A stretch of DNA of 64,000 bases from Camelus dromedarius (lineage: Eukaryota), in NCBI RefSeq assembly GCF_036321535.1, contig NC_087472.1, positions 91,824,001-91,888,000 on the forward strand, given 5' to 3'. The notes below the pieces were generated by a model, which saw nothing but the letters and a program-made list of their open reading frames with translations, ran no database searches and was not told where the DNA came from. A program made the translations under genes and the position numbers. Shown in pieces: positions 27,628 through 40,307 of the stretch. The first letter of the stretch is position 1; every line of letters starts with the position of its first letter.

Positions 27628-28125
27628 TGTGAATGAAAAATACTTCAAACCACATCAATGAACAAAGAATGCTGAAGCCACCAAGTCATCATCAGCTGCC
27701 CCACCCCCTGGGTGAAGACAAGCCTGCAGCTGGGCCTCTGCAGCCACTCACAGTGGTGCACTCTGAGGGGACTCAGAATAAGAAAGGACAGGATACTGGC
27801 CCTAGATAGCTAGATGCTTGTCAAAGGAATGAATTCAATGAGCCCAAATATTTGCTTCCTCCCATACACAGAAAAGCACTAAATTATTTAACTTGAGATG
27901 CCTGGTTTTCTTTAGTTAACAAGTAATCTTTTAATGTTCCAACTACCTGGTCTTTGTTGTAAAGCTCCTGTATACCCTAGCTCCTCCCCTACCTCTTCGG
28001 AGCAGTCCCTCAGAGCTATCTGAGAGGCTGTCATCCCGGGCTTGAAGGGGTTCGAGTCCTCAGAAATGTCCACCAAATAAAACAGAACTCTCAACTTTTC
28101 GGCTGCGCATTTATTTCAGTCGACA
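27628..28125 (+). mobile_element. Solo ERV1-type LTR (498 bp, cetartiodactyl-type family distinct from MER34)
   Basis: TG...CA termini (TGTGAATGAAAAA ... TTTCAGTCGACA), AATAAA near the 3' end, flanked by a perfect 4-bp TSD CTAC (27624-27627 and 28126-28129). Confidence 0.88.
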
Positions 28126-28670
28126 CTACATAATAAATATCCATGCTGCATCTATCTGATCAGGAAAAGCTGGGATTGACAGACTCAGGAAAAACTTGGA
28201 TCAGAAGATATTCCACTTTTGAGGCAAAAATAACTCAGAGTTAACCTCACTTAAATCATATATTCTATATCTAAGGAAATAGCTCAAAAATTAAGTTTTC
28301 ATGCCTGTAATTTTGGTGGCAATCAAATAACCTTGCTGGAATGTCCATATCAAGATATTCAAAGGTACAAAATCACTAGTGTAGGACAATTTGTGCTCCT
28401 GGTATTCATAATAGCCTTCAATGTGGTCTTTGTTTATTTGTTTCTTTTGGTATTAGTTGCCAAGAAGAAAAATAAAAGAACTGAGGTCAGCTTAAATGTC
28501 TTGCATAATTCAGGAGCAGAGAAGCAAGAAAACTACTACAGAATAAAATTTTGATTGCAAAATGTCAGATCTTAACCAAGGAAAGAATTTGTTAAACCTG
28601 AAGGGTCTGCTTTAGAGATGCTGCAGCAACGTAACTAAAGTTCTTTAATATTTTGGCATTGCATAAGCAA

Positions 28671-29216
28671 AGAGGAGGAACAGAATATACCCTCCCAAAA
28701 TACGCCTCTTTGGCAGAAAGATTACTGAAGTCTGATTATTGTTAAGAAACAGCAGACACAGGAGAAGGTCTAAAAATTGAGTAGAAGTTACTCTTTTGTA
28801 AGAGAGATTTGTATTTATAAAAGAAATCTTCATTTGTAAGGGTGTTTCCCTCTTTGTACCAGGAGGAGGATGACTCTAAATCTCTAGACTGAATGGGGAT
28901 GGCAGACACTTATATCTGCATAACAACCATGCTCTTGTTTACTTTGCTTTTCCTGCTCACCTCCCATAACTGGCTTTCCCCTCTGCCCAACAGCTTCTTT
29001 GGTCTTTAGCTGGAGATGGTAATTCAGGTGCAGGCTTGAGCCTTTTCAGGGAGTAACTCAGTTTTTCCTGGGTCTCTCCCATGTATACAGGAAGTATACA
29101 TGTTATAAATTTCTGTTTATTTTTCTTCTGTTAATCTGTCTTTTAATATGGTGGGGGGGGGGTCTCAGCCAAGGACCTAGAAGGGTAGACAGTAAAGTTG
29201 TTTTTCCTCCCCCACA
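28671..29216 (+). mobile_element. Solo ERV1 LTR, second MER34-like subfamily
   Basis: 5' end AGAGGAGGAACAGAATATACCTCCCAAAATACGCCTCTTTGGCA aligns without gaps to the 21528 LTR start (TG mutated to AG). 3' end TTCCTCCCCCACA. 4-bp TSD GCAA (28667-28670 and 29217-29220). The central U3 differs from the 21528 and 46067 copies. Confidence 0.85.
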
Positions 29217-30284
29217 GCAAGACTCAGTAAAAGTAACACTTCTGTGGATGCCTACTCAGTTTTTAATGGGTCATGGTCTTTTTAGGGAGATGCAGCCATG
29301 CAGAAAGGTAGGAGGTTTTAATGTCCAGGCAAAGTTTGGCTTTTCCATATTCTGAAATCAAGGGTCAAAGATATCAAATGATGAGCCCTGAGAGGGCTTT
29401 ACACAGTTCTATGGTCTTACTGTATCTCTCAGCAAATAAATGCCCTAGGTAAATACTAACAAGGATAGGGGCACATATTACAAAAATGATTCATTACAAG
29501 AAGGGATAAGGAGTCCACTGGGTCTAAATTCATCTGGCTTTAAAACAATGAATCCTAAATGATGTGCATGTTAATTACATTACTAAAGATATTCCGAGGA
29601 CTAGGGAGTTTATTGAGCAAGTCTAATTCCTATAGATTACATTCTTTGGAGGGAGAGAGGAAGCGAGAGTATGTGTGCAAGAATTAAAATGTGTTTAAGG
29701 GGGAATAGAGAAAACCTAGATGTTTTTTATTATTAACTAGTGCTAGTCTCTCAGACAGATGCTTTGCCAGTTCCCAAACTACTTCATGATAAATGAATTG
29801 CCATATTATTGTAATCAATATGTCTAAACATAACCATTCAGAACAGAATTGTTAATGAACATTCCCTTAATGTGACAGTTTCAAAGCTAAACATTCCTAG
29901 AACCACAATTGTAAATACTACATTAGGAATGTTTAATATCAATGTAATTCAAAAAGCAGATAATGGCATTTCAAATTATATAGGTTCTTATTTCCTGTTC
30001 ATTCAATTGTATGCATGCCAGACACATAGTAGGTTCTTAATAAGTATCTATAAACACATGAATAAATGAATGAAGATCTGCTTTAGGACAGTACATTGAA
30101 ACTAAAGTAACTCTACTACAAGGTAAAATATAGAATCAATGGAACAAAATTGCTGGAGCTAAAGCTGACAATTTTAGTGAAAGAAAAATTAGATTTGAGG
30201 GAGTTTTTAATGGAACACATTATTACTGCATCCTAAATTAACCAGAATACCATGTAGTTGGAGTAGAAAAATCATGTAAAATCT

Positions 30285-30530
30285 GCTAACATTTACTGGG
30301 TGATAAACATGGGTCAGACATTGTAATACATATTGATATTTACTAGTTTATTTACTCCTCATAGCTGCTCTGAATGTTGGGTACTATTATTATTCCCACT
30401 GTTAGAAGAGAAATTTGAAGCTCACAGAGATTAAGTGATTTGCCCAAGGTAGCACATTTAGTAAGCAGAGTTGGGTTTTGTATATACGGCCTGGTTCCAG
30501 AGTCCACACCCTTAACCATTAAACTGCTTT
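30285..30530 (-). mobile_element. MIR SINE
   Basis: actattattattcccactgtt...gctcacagagattaagtgatttgcccaaggt...ccagagtccacacccttaacca (reverse MIR core). Confidence 0.75.
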
Positions 30531-33500
30531 GCTCCAGAGAGTAAACATGTCCACACTGTGAGGTCATCAAAAACAAGAGTATGAATGAAAAAACTCAAAG
30601 AATGAAGGGTGAAAAGTGGCTAGGTCTGCGGACAGAGCCCAATGCTGCTGGGTATCCATCTGGAGAACTGTTTGCGTTAAAGAAATGGAAAATGTAAAAA
30701 TGGAGGAAATATGAAAGGTTGGGGTTTTGGAGGGAAACTGAAGGTCAGTGTTTGATGCATGTTGAGTTAGGCAGCAGTAATTAGAAACTTTAGTAAACGC
30801 ATCTTGGTCAAAGATTCAGAAATTTATACATGGAATTTAGTCAAGTATGGGCAACAGTAGGAATGAGAAATAACACAGCAGTGAATGTGTCTACTCTTTG
30901 CTTTGGTTCTTTTAGGAACAAAGGTCTAACTCTGAGGCTTGTCAGGCTAGGGACTAGAGTGAGGAATAAAGGGCAGGGCTGTCATTGAGTAATATGGCCT
31001 CATGGCCTTTGCCCCTTCGTTCTTTGTCTCTCTTTCATTGCATAACCTAGTTCTTCCTATATAGCATGTGAAATATATCTTTACTGCATGTCTGACATGA
31101 TCCTAACTCTCCAACTACCTTTCCTGGCTGCAGGAATCAACAACTCTGGATATTCTCAAGCAGACGTTTTCTATGGTCAAATTTCCTGGCAAATTTTCAG
31201 CCAGGTTTTGTAGAATTAAGATTTTTTTTTAAAGAGAAAAGGCTGGCCCAGAATCTACCCTAGTTCAATCCTAGCTGAACTATTTATTGGAGTATCCTCT
31301 TGCCATTAAGGAAGACTCAGTTGATATATATGAGTGATATCTCAAAGAATCCTTACCACTCATCAGAGGGCTCTGACATTTTTATTTTATTATGTCAACA
31401 ACACTGAACTAAAGGTAACAGTGGAGGAAAAGATGCTTAAGTTACTTTTCAAAGGTTGTTCTGGCAAGTTTCCTAGTCAGAAGAATTGATAATTTGTGGC
31501 TTTAAGATCTGTATTCATCAGATGCTTTAACATATCTTTCTATGGAGGTTTTAAAAAGAAAGACTTTGAAGGCCTATAAGGTGTTAAGGGATTTATGAGT
31601 CAATGGCAGAAAAATATGATTCATAGTGACAACTTCCGGTTTCTTCTCTGAGCTTTAGCCTTCTGAGCAATACAGCAACTCATCTGGTAATTACATCATT
31701 GTTAGTATGACAGCAACTTGGCCTTTTCTGGGTCCCTATGAGCAAAGACCCAAACAGCTCACATGTACTGTGCCCTGACCTTCTGAACCTTGCAGGGCTG
31801 ATGAACTTGCGGTTTTGCTATCTGTTAACCAAAGTCCTTTCTTTCTCCCAAATATGGTTAGGATAGATCATTCCCCATGATTATAAGCCTCTCCAGGGCA
31901 GGAGATGACATGTATTGCTATCTTTCTGAGTTGATGACTCATTTACTAGAACTCCCTTAAAAGGAAGGCAAACACTAACTTTAAGAGAGTCTTTTGGAGT
32001 ATATGACCTTGAAGGACTCTTTTTGGCTTCTTAATGCTTTTATTTTACTAAGAATTAAATGCTACTGGCATAAATACATATTTAAAAACACTGTGGAAGA
32101 TTTAAGTATTGAAGAGTGCTCTAACATTGTCCATAATTTTATTTTTCATGTTTAGAGAATCAGATAGTATTAGAAAAGTTTTTCAAACAATTTCCTTGAT
32201 TCCTCAATCATTTATCTTTGTAGTACTGGAAGCTTTTGTAGCTATGGGCAACTTAACCTTAGGCCACCCATGCTAAAAATAGCCTAGGGGAGCTTGACCC
32301 TTCCTGGCTGTGTGCCTGTCTGCTAGAAGAGAGCTTTAAGAGTTGTATCCTCCTTAGAAACAATCCATTTCCTTCCTTTCTCCTTATGATCACTATATAA
32401 CTGTCACCCTTACCTTGTCCTAAAATAGAAATATATGTTATTCAAGTCAACAGATTTTTATACGTGCCCTATGTCTTCTCTACACTACCTCTCTTCTTGA
32501 GGAATAATTCAGGCTCATTAATTAGAGCATATTCAAGACAGTGATCAGAATGGTGAAAGTATTTTATCCACATAAAAGAAGAATGAATAAAAGGAAGTAA
32601 AGAAGTTGAACCTAGGGAAGAAAAAGCCCAGAAGATGTCATGAAACTTTTGAAGGGCTATTTTGAGGAAGAGAGATTAAAAGTGGGGTCAAGGGGTAGAA
32701 AGACAGTGAAGTAGGGATGCTTCCTAATAGGTAGGTTTTTCCAAAGATAGAATTAACTTCTTTGAGGGGGAATGGAATGTGATCCCATATAAGCCAACAG
32801 ATCACTTGGGAAGATGTTATGGAGCAGTTCAATTACACAGCATTTAAGTTGCTTCCAACCCTGAGAAGCTATTTCTGTCCTTTTATATGTATAATATTTC
32901 TACTCTAAATCCTTTCATTGACTGAATATATATGTTAAGCTAGAGAAAGAAACACTCATGTTGCTTACTAGCTGCTGCTTACCTTTTCCTTCTATTAACA
33001 TTCCCCCAAAAGTAAACTATTTTAATACTGTAGTCACCTTGACAACGGAGGTGTCTGTTTTAACAGCTTTCAGTAACATTATTCGAAGGGAATCTATTAA
33101 GCAATAAAGTGAGGGGAATAGTCTTGAGCATTCTCTTTCTTTTCCAACCTCAAAGACTTTAGGATTAAACATATGCTTTGAAATTAAAATCACCGTAAAT
33201 TTGCTGAGTAAGAGAACATCAAGAAAGTTTTCACTTAGCATAATGTAGAAAAAACATATTTTTCTCTTGTGATGTACATGAACAAATTCACCAACTAAAA
33301 GGCATGGATCAAATTTTACAACTGTCTGTAATTTCTGACAATTCTATATATATATACATTTTAACCCTCTGTGTAAGGTGTTGGGGTTGCTGTGGAATCA
33401 GATTTAGTGTGGCAGATATTATACTCAACCACAACCTATCTTGAATTGTTATTAATTAATAATTGAATAATAATTCATTATTATTAATCATGGGAGGATA

Positions 33501-33644
33501 TTACCCAAGGCAGAAAAAAAGTCAAAAAGTACTACAATGGGGAATCTATTGGACATAATTCTCAAGGAAAAACCTTCCAATAAGAAGCACAATCTTTGAC
33601 TTTAAACCATCTTGGTTATTTTTAATTGGTTTACCTATTTCTAA

Positions 33645-33900
33645 TAATAACAAATAGCATTTAACTAAAAACTTCCTGTGTACAGGCTCTGTGCCAAGCT
33701 CTTCACATTTATTGTCTTCTTTCATCCTTAAAACACAGTGAAAAGTTGATACTATTATCTTCCCCCATTCCATATTATCGGGAAACTGAAGCTTAAGGAA
33801 GTTAAAGACCATTTCCACGGTTAATATAGTTGGTTTTAAAACAGAACAAGGAATCCAAATTTGACTCTAGCACCTGAGTTAGTCACCCATTCACTGTGTT
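33645..33900 (-). mobile_element. MIR SINE just downstream of exon 8
   Basis: ggctctgtgccaagctcttcacat...actattatcttccccatt...ggaaactgaagcttaaggaagttaa. Confidence 0.7.
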
Positions 33901-34060
33901 ATCTGCCTTGATGGCCCTAATGCAATGTGCTTATTTTATTTAGGATAAAGCTGTGTAAAAAAACCAAAATTTAATTTTTTTTGCGTCTCAATTATTTCCC
34001 TTCTGTTCTTTAGTATTAAGTGGTGCAGTCAACCACTCAAGCTTAGAAGGTTACACTCAC

Positions 34061-34206
34061 CACGTTTGTGAAGGAGAACACTGGCATGCCTACGTCCATT
34101 TCCATTTTCAACATAACAGGAGTAATTTCCCAAGTCAGCTTCTTCTACAGAGTCCACAATTAATGAGATGGAGACTTCCTGTTCCCCAAGATGCTCCTTG
34201 AGGATT
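34061..34206 (-). CDS. IL1RAPL1: IL1RAPL1 coding exon (human exon 8 equivalent), C-terminal half of Ig-like domain 3
   Basis: Acceptor tttatattttag|A ATC CTC AAG ... CAC AAA CGT G|gtgagt donor, 146 nt. Encodes (R)[48 protein letters not shown] with the DxGxYxC Ig motif. Phase matches the upstream exon (AG+A = Arg). Lies within ORF 34029..34256. Confidence 0.97.
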
Positions 34207-36113
34207 CTAAAATATAAAGAAAAACGAAACAAAAACCCCCACACAAACATACACATACATGGAAAAGAAAAAAAAATTAGAAGAATCTGAATCTGATGTG
34301 AAAATACCTACAGCATCTGTGCTTCAAATTTGGTTATGGATTGATGCGATCTTAATTAAATTATATCATGCCCTTTTATTCTTCACTTCTAATGAGGAAG
34401 CTTGTCTTTGTAGATGCTAATGAAGTTGCAGTTAATTATCTCTCTTAGCAGGACAATCACACTGTCGTAATAAAGAGGTGAGAGACACCTTGAAGAAAAG
34501 TTTATAAATTGCTTTCCCTTTAAGAAGAAATATGATGTAAGGGCGAGATAAGAAATTCTAATGTCTTAGGCTGGAAGACTAATTATCTATCAGGTTAATT
34601 TTTTAAAAAAGGAGGAATAGAAAATTTCTGAGCTATTTTGACATTTCAGTTGAAACCTTCAGCCTGGCTTTTTCTTTTTTTTAATGATACAATCATTTGC
34701 CTATTTTTAAAGAAATATGAAATTACAAACATGCAGACTAAATGTTCTGATGAAGTGTTTAATTCTGACATTTAAAATCAATGGTAAACGCTCACTAACC
34801 TCACTGTCAAGGATTTTAGCAATCTTTCAGAGCAAATGGAAAACTTCAAAGCAAGGTTCCCTTTCCCTGCTCTCAAAGTTTCCACCTCCACCCTCCCACC
34901 TGTTTGGTAACTCATCTCTGCACAATACTTCCTAATGCTGAATAAAGAAAAAATAACTTTCTAGAACCTTCCTGGAGCACCCACCAAAGGAGAGAGAGAA
35001 AAAAGTGAGGAAGTTTATTGGCCTTTTTTAATCTTAGCATTTCAAAGTGTATGGGTATAAGAGAATAGTGAAGTTTGAAACATGAAAAATGGCAGAGGAA
35101 TATTTTAGTATATATTGGAGAATTTGCTCATCTGGGCATTTCAAAACCCAATTGGAGTGCAATATTCTTGTGTATTTGTTGCTAGGAGGAAAATTCCAAT
35201 GGAAATAACCTTATATGACAGTTTTATAGTTTTTATTTTCTATTGAAAAACTTTTTCTCTTACACCTTTGGTCAAGTTTTAAAAGTCCTCACATTCAAGA
35301 AGAGGAATCTGGTTAAAATACTCATAACATATCCAGAGGATGCAATCCTTAGATAGGAGAGTAATTATAAATGATCAGCATTTTGATTCACTTAGAACTT
35401 ACTTATTAATATGCTTGTTTATTTACATTATGATTAAAAATGAGTATCTGTGTCCAAGCATAATTTTAGACATAATTGAATACCTCAACACTTAAAAGTA
35501 AATGAACAAATATATTAATTATTTTTGTAAAAAAGAGGTGAGAGGCTTAAGCATTATGCCCTCAAAATAGATTGCATTATTTAATGATTATTTTCTATTA
35601 TTAATATCTAGACCTTAAAGTCATACTAAAAAAGGTAACAAAAACATTTTTGCATCCTTTATCATTCCTATCAAGTGCCTTATAGCCTACTTGTTGCCTC
35701 AAAAATGTAAAAGTATATAAAAGGAAATAACAGAGATTGTGTTTGGTTAAGTCCTAGCACCTTGTTAATATTTTCTCTCAACAATAAAAGAAAAAGAACT
35801 TTTTTTAAAAAAAAAAAAGTCACAATATCACATTTTCCATATTTGATGCAATTTTGGTCTGTCTCACACTCAGTATACTGCTTAGTGAAAAACTCCTTTT
35901 CATTTCTCTTAAATGCTTTGCAAATGGCATTCACGTTTTACAATTTCATAGTCAGTCTCAACAGTACTTTGCCTCTTTGCTACTAAATGTTGCAATATTT
36001 TTATAGTAGTAAAACCAAAATCTCCTCTTCTTTTCCTTTAACTCACTTTCTATTCACTAACAGAGCAAATGTTAATCCTGGCAGTACAAGTTAAAAGAAA
36101 AAAAATTACTTTA

Positions 36114-36281
<168 letters not shown>

Positions 36282-36424
36282 CTATTTGTATACTCTTATT
36301 TTAGGCAAACTGACAAGTAACATTTTAATCAATTCACTGATTTAATGAAACATCTTTCCAAAATAATATTTTTCAGATATTTTCTATTTCTTGCAAATTT
36401 ATAGAATGTATGCTTTTGATAGCT

Positions 36425-36625
36425 TTTTTTTTTTAATGGAATCAGAATTACTTATAAGATTTTGAAGAAGATGGGTCAGTTATTTTATAGAAGGTTCTTC
36501 CATTTAGGTTTGCCCGAAGTTTCCACATGATTAGACAGAGGTTATAAATCATTGGGAATGATACCACAGAGGTAGTGTGCCCTTCTCAAAGCATGATATC
36601 AGACAGCTCATAATGTTGATAATAT
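36425..36625 (-). mobile_element. L1MC-like 3'UTR fragment just upstream of the exon 7 acceptor
   Basis: cagttattttatagaagg...catgattagacagaggttata...ataccacagaggtagtgtgcccttctc. Confidence 0.5.
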
Positions 36626-36886
36626 AAGATTTTATAAAGCAGGTAGAAGATGTTTCTCAGTCCTGAATGTGGGAAATAGAACAAAAATTTTCAATGGGAA
36701 AGAAATGGAACTCTAAATCAACGATCCCCTAAAAAAGTTATTAAAGTATTTTTACATATAAGGAACAATATTTTAATTAAGGAAACCAACACATGCTCAA
36801 GTAGAAAAGCACATTAAAATACGAATGACCAACTCATGAGAATAAATATTTGGGATGTTTATTAGATGTAAAATCATTAATATTAC

Positions 36887-37342
36887 TGTGGAGGTAAGTT
36901 TCTTTCAATATGCTGCTCAAGAGAGAGCACTGCAATGGTGAATACAGATTGGTTGATTACTTAATAAGGTAAGTGGAGGTCCCTGACCAAAAGGTGGAAG
37001 AATTTAACGCCTACAAAAAATAAGGTGTATTTCTGGACAGGTCATGCAATTTTGCAAACACCTGGTTTCCCCAAGCCTTAGACAGTATTTGAGAACTGAA
37101 ATACTCGCGTACTATTACAGTTTTAAGATCTCACTGCCTCCAAGTAGAGCTATAAATGCGGGATGGGATAGAGACCTGTAAGGGCCTACTTTAGCTTGGA
37201 CTAGCTCAGGGGAACTCTCAGGGACAGGTGAGTGATTCTACAATATAAACCTAGGGAAAACCATAATGCACTTACAGGTGCACTCTTTTGAAGTCCGGGC
37301 ATGGGTAAACCTATATGTAAACTCTGTTCTCTAAGTCCCACA
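36887..37342. mobile_element. Possible very old LTR (family not assigned)
   Basis: 456-bp block, more GC-rich than its flanks, bounded by inverted TGTGG...CCACA, with an internal TATAAAT. TSD is poor (attac/ataag). Confidence 0.35.
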
Positions 37343-38479
37343 ATAAGAAAATTTTTTATTGAATAAAAATAATATTATTATGCTAAGTATGTTCATTGTA
37401 TAAGAGTAGTTCATAAATAAATTATTGCTCTTCTAATATTTATAAGATGGCATGATACAGCTTTCTCTTTTTACCTTATCCTTGTTTATGTCTGAATGTT
37501 CTCCAAGAAAGTGATTTCTCATGGACTTTGATTCTATACACAATAGTCATCATTAGTAACCAGACAAAAGTCCAGAAAATGTCTACAAACTTCTAAGAGG
37601 CAAAATGGAGCTCTAAATAGGTTCCTTTATTATTAATTTTTATACATAAACATTTTCGAAATCTTTTAACATGGAATCCCCCTCCCTTGGAGAATATTTA
37701 CATTACACAACAGATAACTGAATTTCAGTCTTACTGATTGGAAACCACAGATTTCTATGGGACGTGTCAATCCAATGTTACAAAACAAGTTTAAGTCCAA
37801 TAGTCTTTGCTCTTCCACTTCTATAAGAACACTAGCTTTTATGCAACTGAACTACCTGTTATCGTGTCAAAAAAGTAATAAATTCAATACTAAATCCCAC
37901 AATACTACATGGTGTGATGGTGAACATCATATGCTAACAGAATCAACATATATTACAGAGTTAACAATTTTTACATATGAATAATTTACACAATCTGTGT
38001 TTTAAGGGATCAAGTTTTAGCTTTTAGGTAGGAGTTAATGATAGGAACTCATACATAGAAAACTCCAGAAATTACCTAATTTTCCATTATAGTTTTACTA
38101 AATATGGGGACTTAAAAATAATGATCATATCATTAGCAACTCAGCCTGGCATTCTTTAGCAGAGAAGTCAATTGAATCCCTCACTGGGACCTGAATTTAT
38201 CTCTCTTCTCTTCTTCCTTCCTTCCCAGACCAAGTAATTTTCCATTACTTCATTCTTCATTTCTCTCATCTGTTGGCCTTGTGTGGCCACACCTAGTAAA
38301 TGGCTCCTGCACCCAAATAAGAAATGATTCCCCTTTTCAATCATCTTTGCTCACCTGGTCTTTGACTACTTTGCTTTGAGCTTGAGCTGGGAGTATCTGC
38401 CATTAGGGGAACTCTATCCAGAATTGGGTTGGGCTTGCTGTGGTTAGAATGGTGTTCATGGAAGGTGGAGGGAAAAATA

Positions 38480-38830
38480 GAAAAGACTTCAGGTAGAGAG
38501 GAAAGAGCATGAGTGAGAGAAGCCAGGGAACTTCGGAGGAAGTATGTAACTTCAGAGTGGCTGAAGCTAAACTGTGTGTGGGGGGTGGAAGTAGGTGGAG
38601 GGTTTGGGGGAGAATAGAGCACTGATGAGATCAAAGCAGTGGTGGCCTTAATCTTCTGTGTAGGCCATGTTGAAGATCTGGGGCTTCCATTTAAGGGCAA
38701 TGCTAAGCTAGGGGAAGATTTCCAGTAGGAGACTGACATAATCACATCTGCAGTCTAAAGAAATCACTCTTACTGTATTTGCAAAACTGGGATTGGATCA
38801 GAGAGAATGAAGAAGGATTAAGAATTTTAC
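38480..38830 (-). mobile_element. L2 fragment
   Basis: gtaggccatgttgaagatctggg...aagggcaatgctaagctaggggaagatttccagtaggagactgacataatc...aaagaaatcactct. Confidence 0.6.
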
Positions 38831-39844
38831 AATACTTTGTGACCACATATGGAGTAGTCACTGCAAAGACAGAATTATTTCCACATAATTTCTTAAAAGG
38901 AAAAATCATAGGTGATAGTAGTGACTACAGATCACTGTGCTTTTTATCAATGTGATAACAGGAAGTCTCTCCAAGCAGAGATTACACAGGAAGCCTGATA
39001 AGGTAGAGAATGTATTTTTTATTTTTAGAATTTGTATGTATCACTGTATGTGTGTAGGGGAGAGAGACAGACAGATTAAGGAGTTGCCAGCTGCTTCTCA
39101 AAACAATCAGGATAGAAAGTCAACTTGAGTATAGATCTGTTCTGTGAATTTTTTGTGAGTCATTTCTCTTAATTATACCTATTTGTGGGGCTGAGCAAAA
39201 GGTACCAATCTCGTTCTTATGCATAGCACTATTTTTCAGGAAGGAACACTAGGAACCCAGTGGAGTCAATCTTGAGAGAAAGCCAGGTGAAGCTAGGCTC
39301 TTCTGGGACTACCCAACTGCTTAAGTGTTGGGGAAGAAAGCTGTGTCCATCCAGTACTTTTCATTTGGGAAATGGTGGCTAATTACATGAGTGTTTGTTA
39401 AGAGCCATGACTTTGGACCCTGACTATGTGTTACCTTTGTTTGAAAGCAGAAATAACCATCATCCCTTCCACTGAGGCTGAATAAAAACCAGGAGTTGAT
39501 AGAAAACCATGAGATAGGGTGGGGCCTAGGGAGAGATGATGCATTTCCATCCAATAAGGACCGACAGAGATTAATAAGCACAAGTAGGAAAACTGGGAAA
39601 ATATAATTGGGAAATTTTATTTAGAAAGTTAATCAGGCGATTAGGAAATGGGAATTAGGAAAATAAAAAATAGCATGACTGAGTTTATACCTTGGGCTGA
39701 TGAAGCAGGACATGCCACTTACGTAACAGACATAACAGGTTTTCAGCATCTGAGTTTTCAGAGAACTCCATCCATGATCCATTTGATATTTTCATGCTTT
39801 TTAATGTTACATTCTTTGCTTAGAATTCTCTTGATTTCCACCTA

Positions 39845-40140
39845 GTGAACTACTCCTCATCCATTAAATCCCAACTCAAATAGCACCTCTTCCAAAAGAC
39901 TGCCTTGGTTTTTCTAGGAATAGTCAGTCATTCTGTCTTTTCTCCTCTTGGAACACATCTGTACTTTATCATAATATATTCCTTACAGTATTTGGTTTGA
40001 TTGCATGTCTAGTTCAGTGACTAGAATATTTATTCTCCAAAGACAGAAATTATATCTGTAACTACCGTTGTATATTACTAGGACCCTTTACACTGTCTTG
40101 AATATATGAGCAACCCAATAATAATTTCATATTAGTGAAT
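39845..40140 (+). mobile_element. L2 3' end
   Basis: aactactcctcatccattaaatcccaactcaaatagcacctcttcc...ctagaatatt...aaagacagaaattatatct. Confidence 0.55.
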
Positions 40141-40307
40141 AACTTGCTTAATAGCCCTTGTGCGTGTATTTTCCCTTCGTTCCTTTTTTTCCAAAGCTTC
40201 GTTAATTAAAGGTTGTATGTCTACAGTCTATCTCAACAGGCCAAGTCTATCTTGTAAACTAGCCTTCAACATTGCAAATGCAAAGCCTCCTTATTCAGAT
40301 GTTAATT

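Noticed and set aside
21528..29216. A single full-length provirus with 5' LTR at 21528 and 3' LTR at 28671-29216
   Set aside because: The two LTRs have different central regions, the second has its own GCAA TSD, the left flank GTGC is not repeated at 29217, and non-ERV sequence separates 27225 from 28671.
38341..38745. 134-aa Ser/Pro-rich ORF on the gene strand as an extra exon
   Set aside because: It overlaps a decayed L2 element, has no similarity to IL-1 receptor family sequence and shows no clear splice sites.
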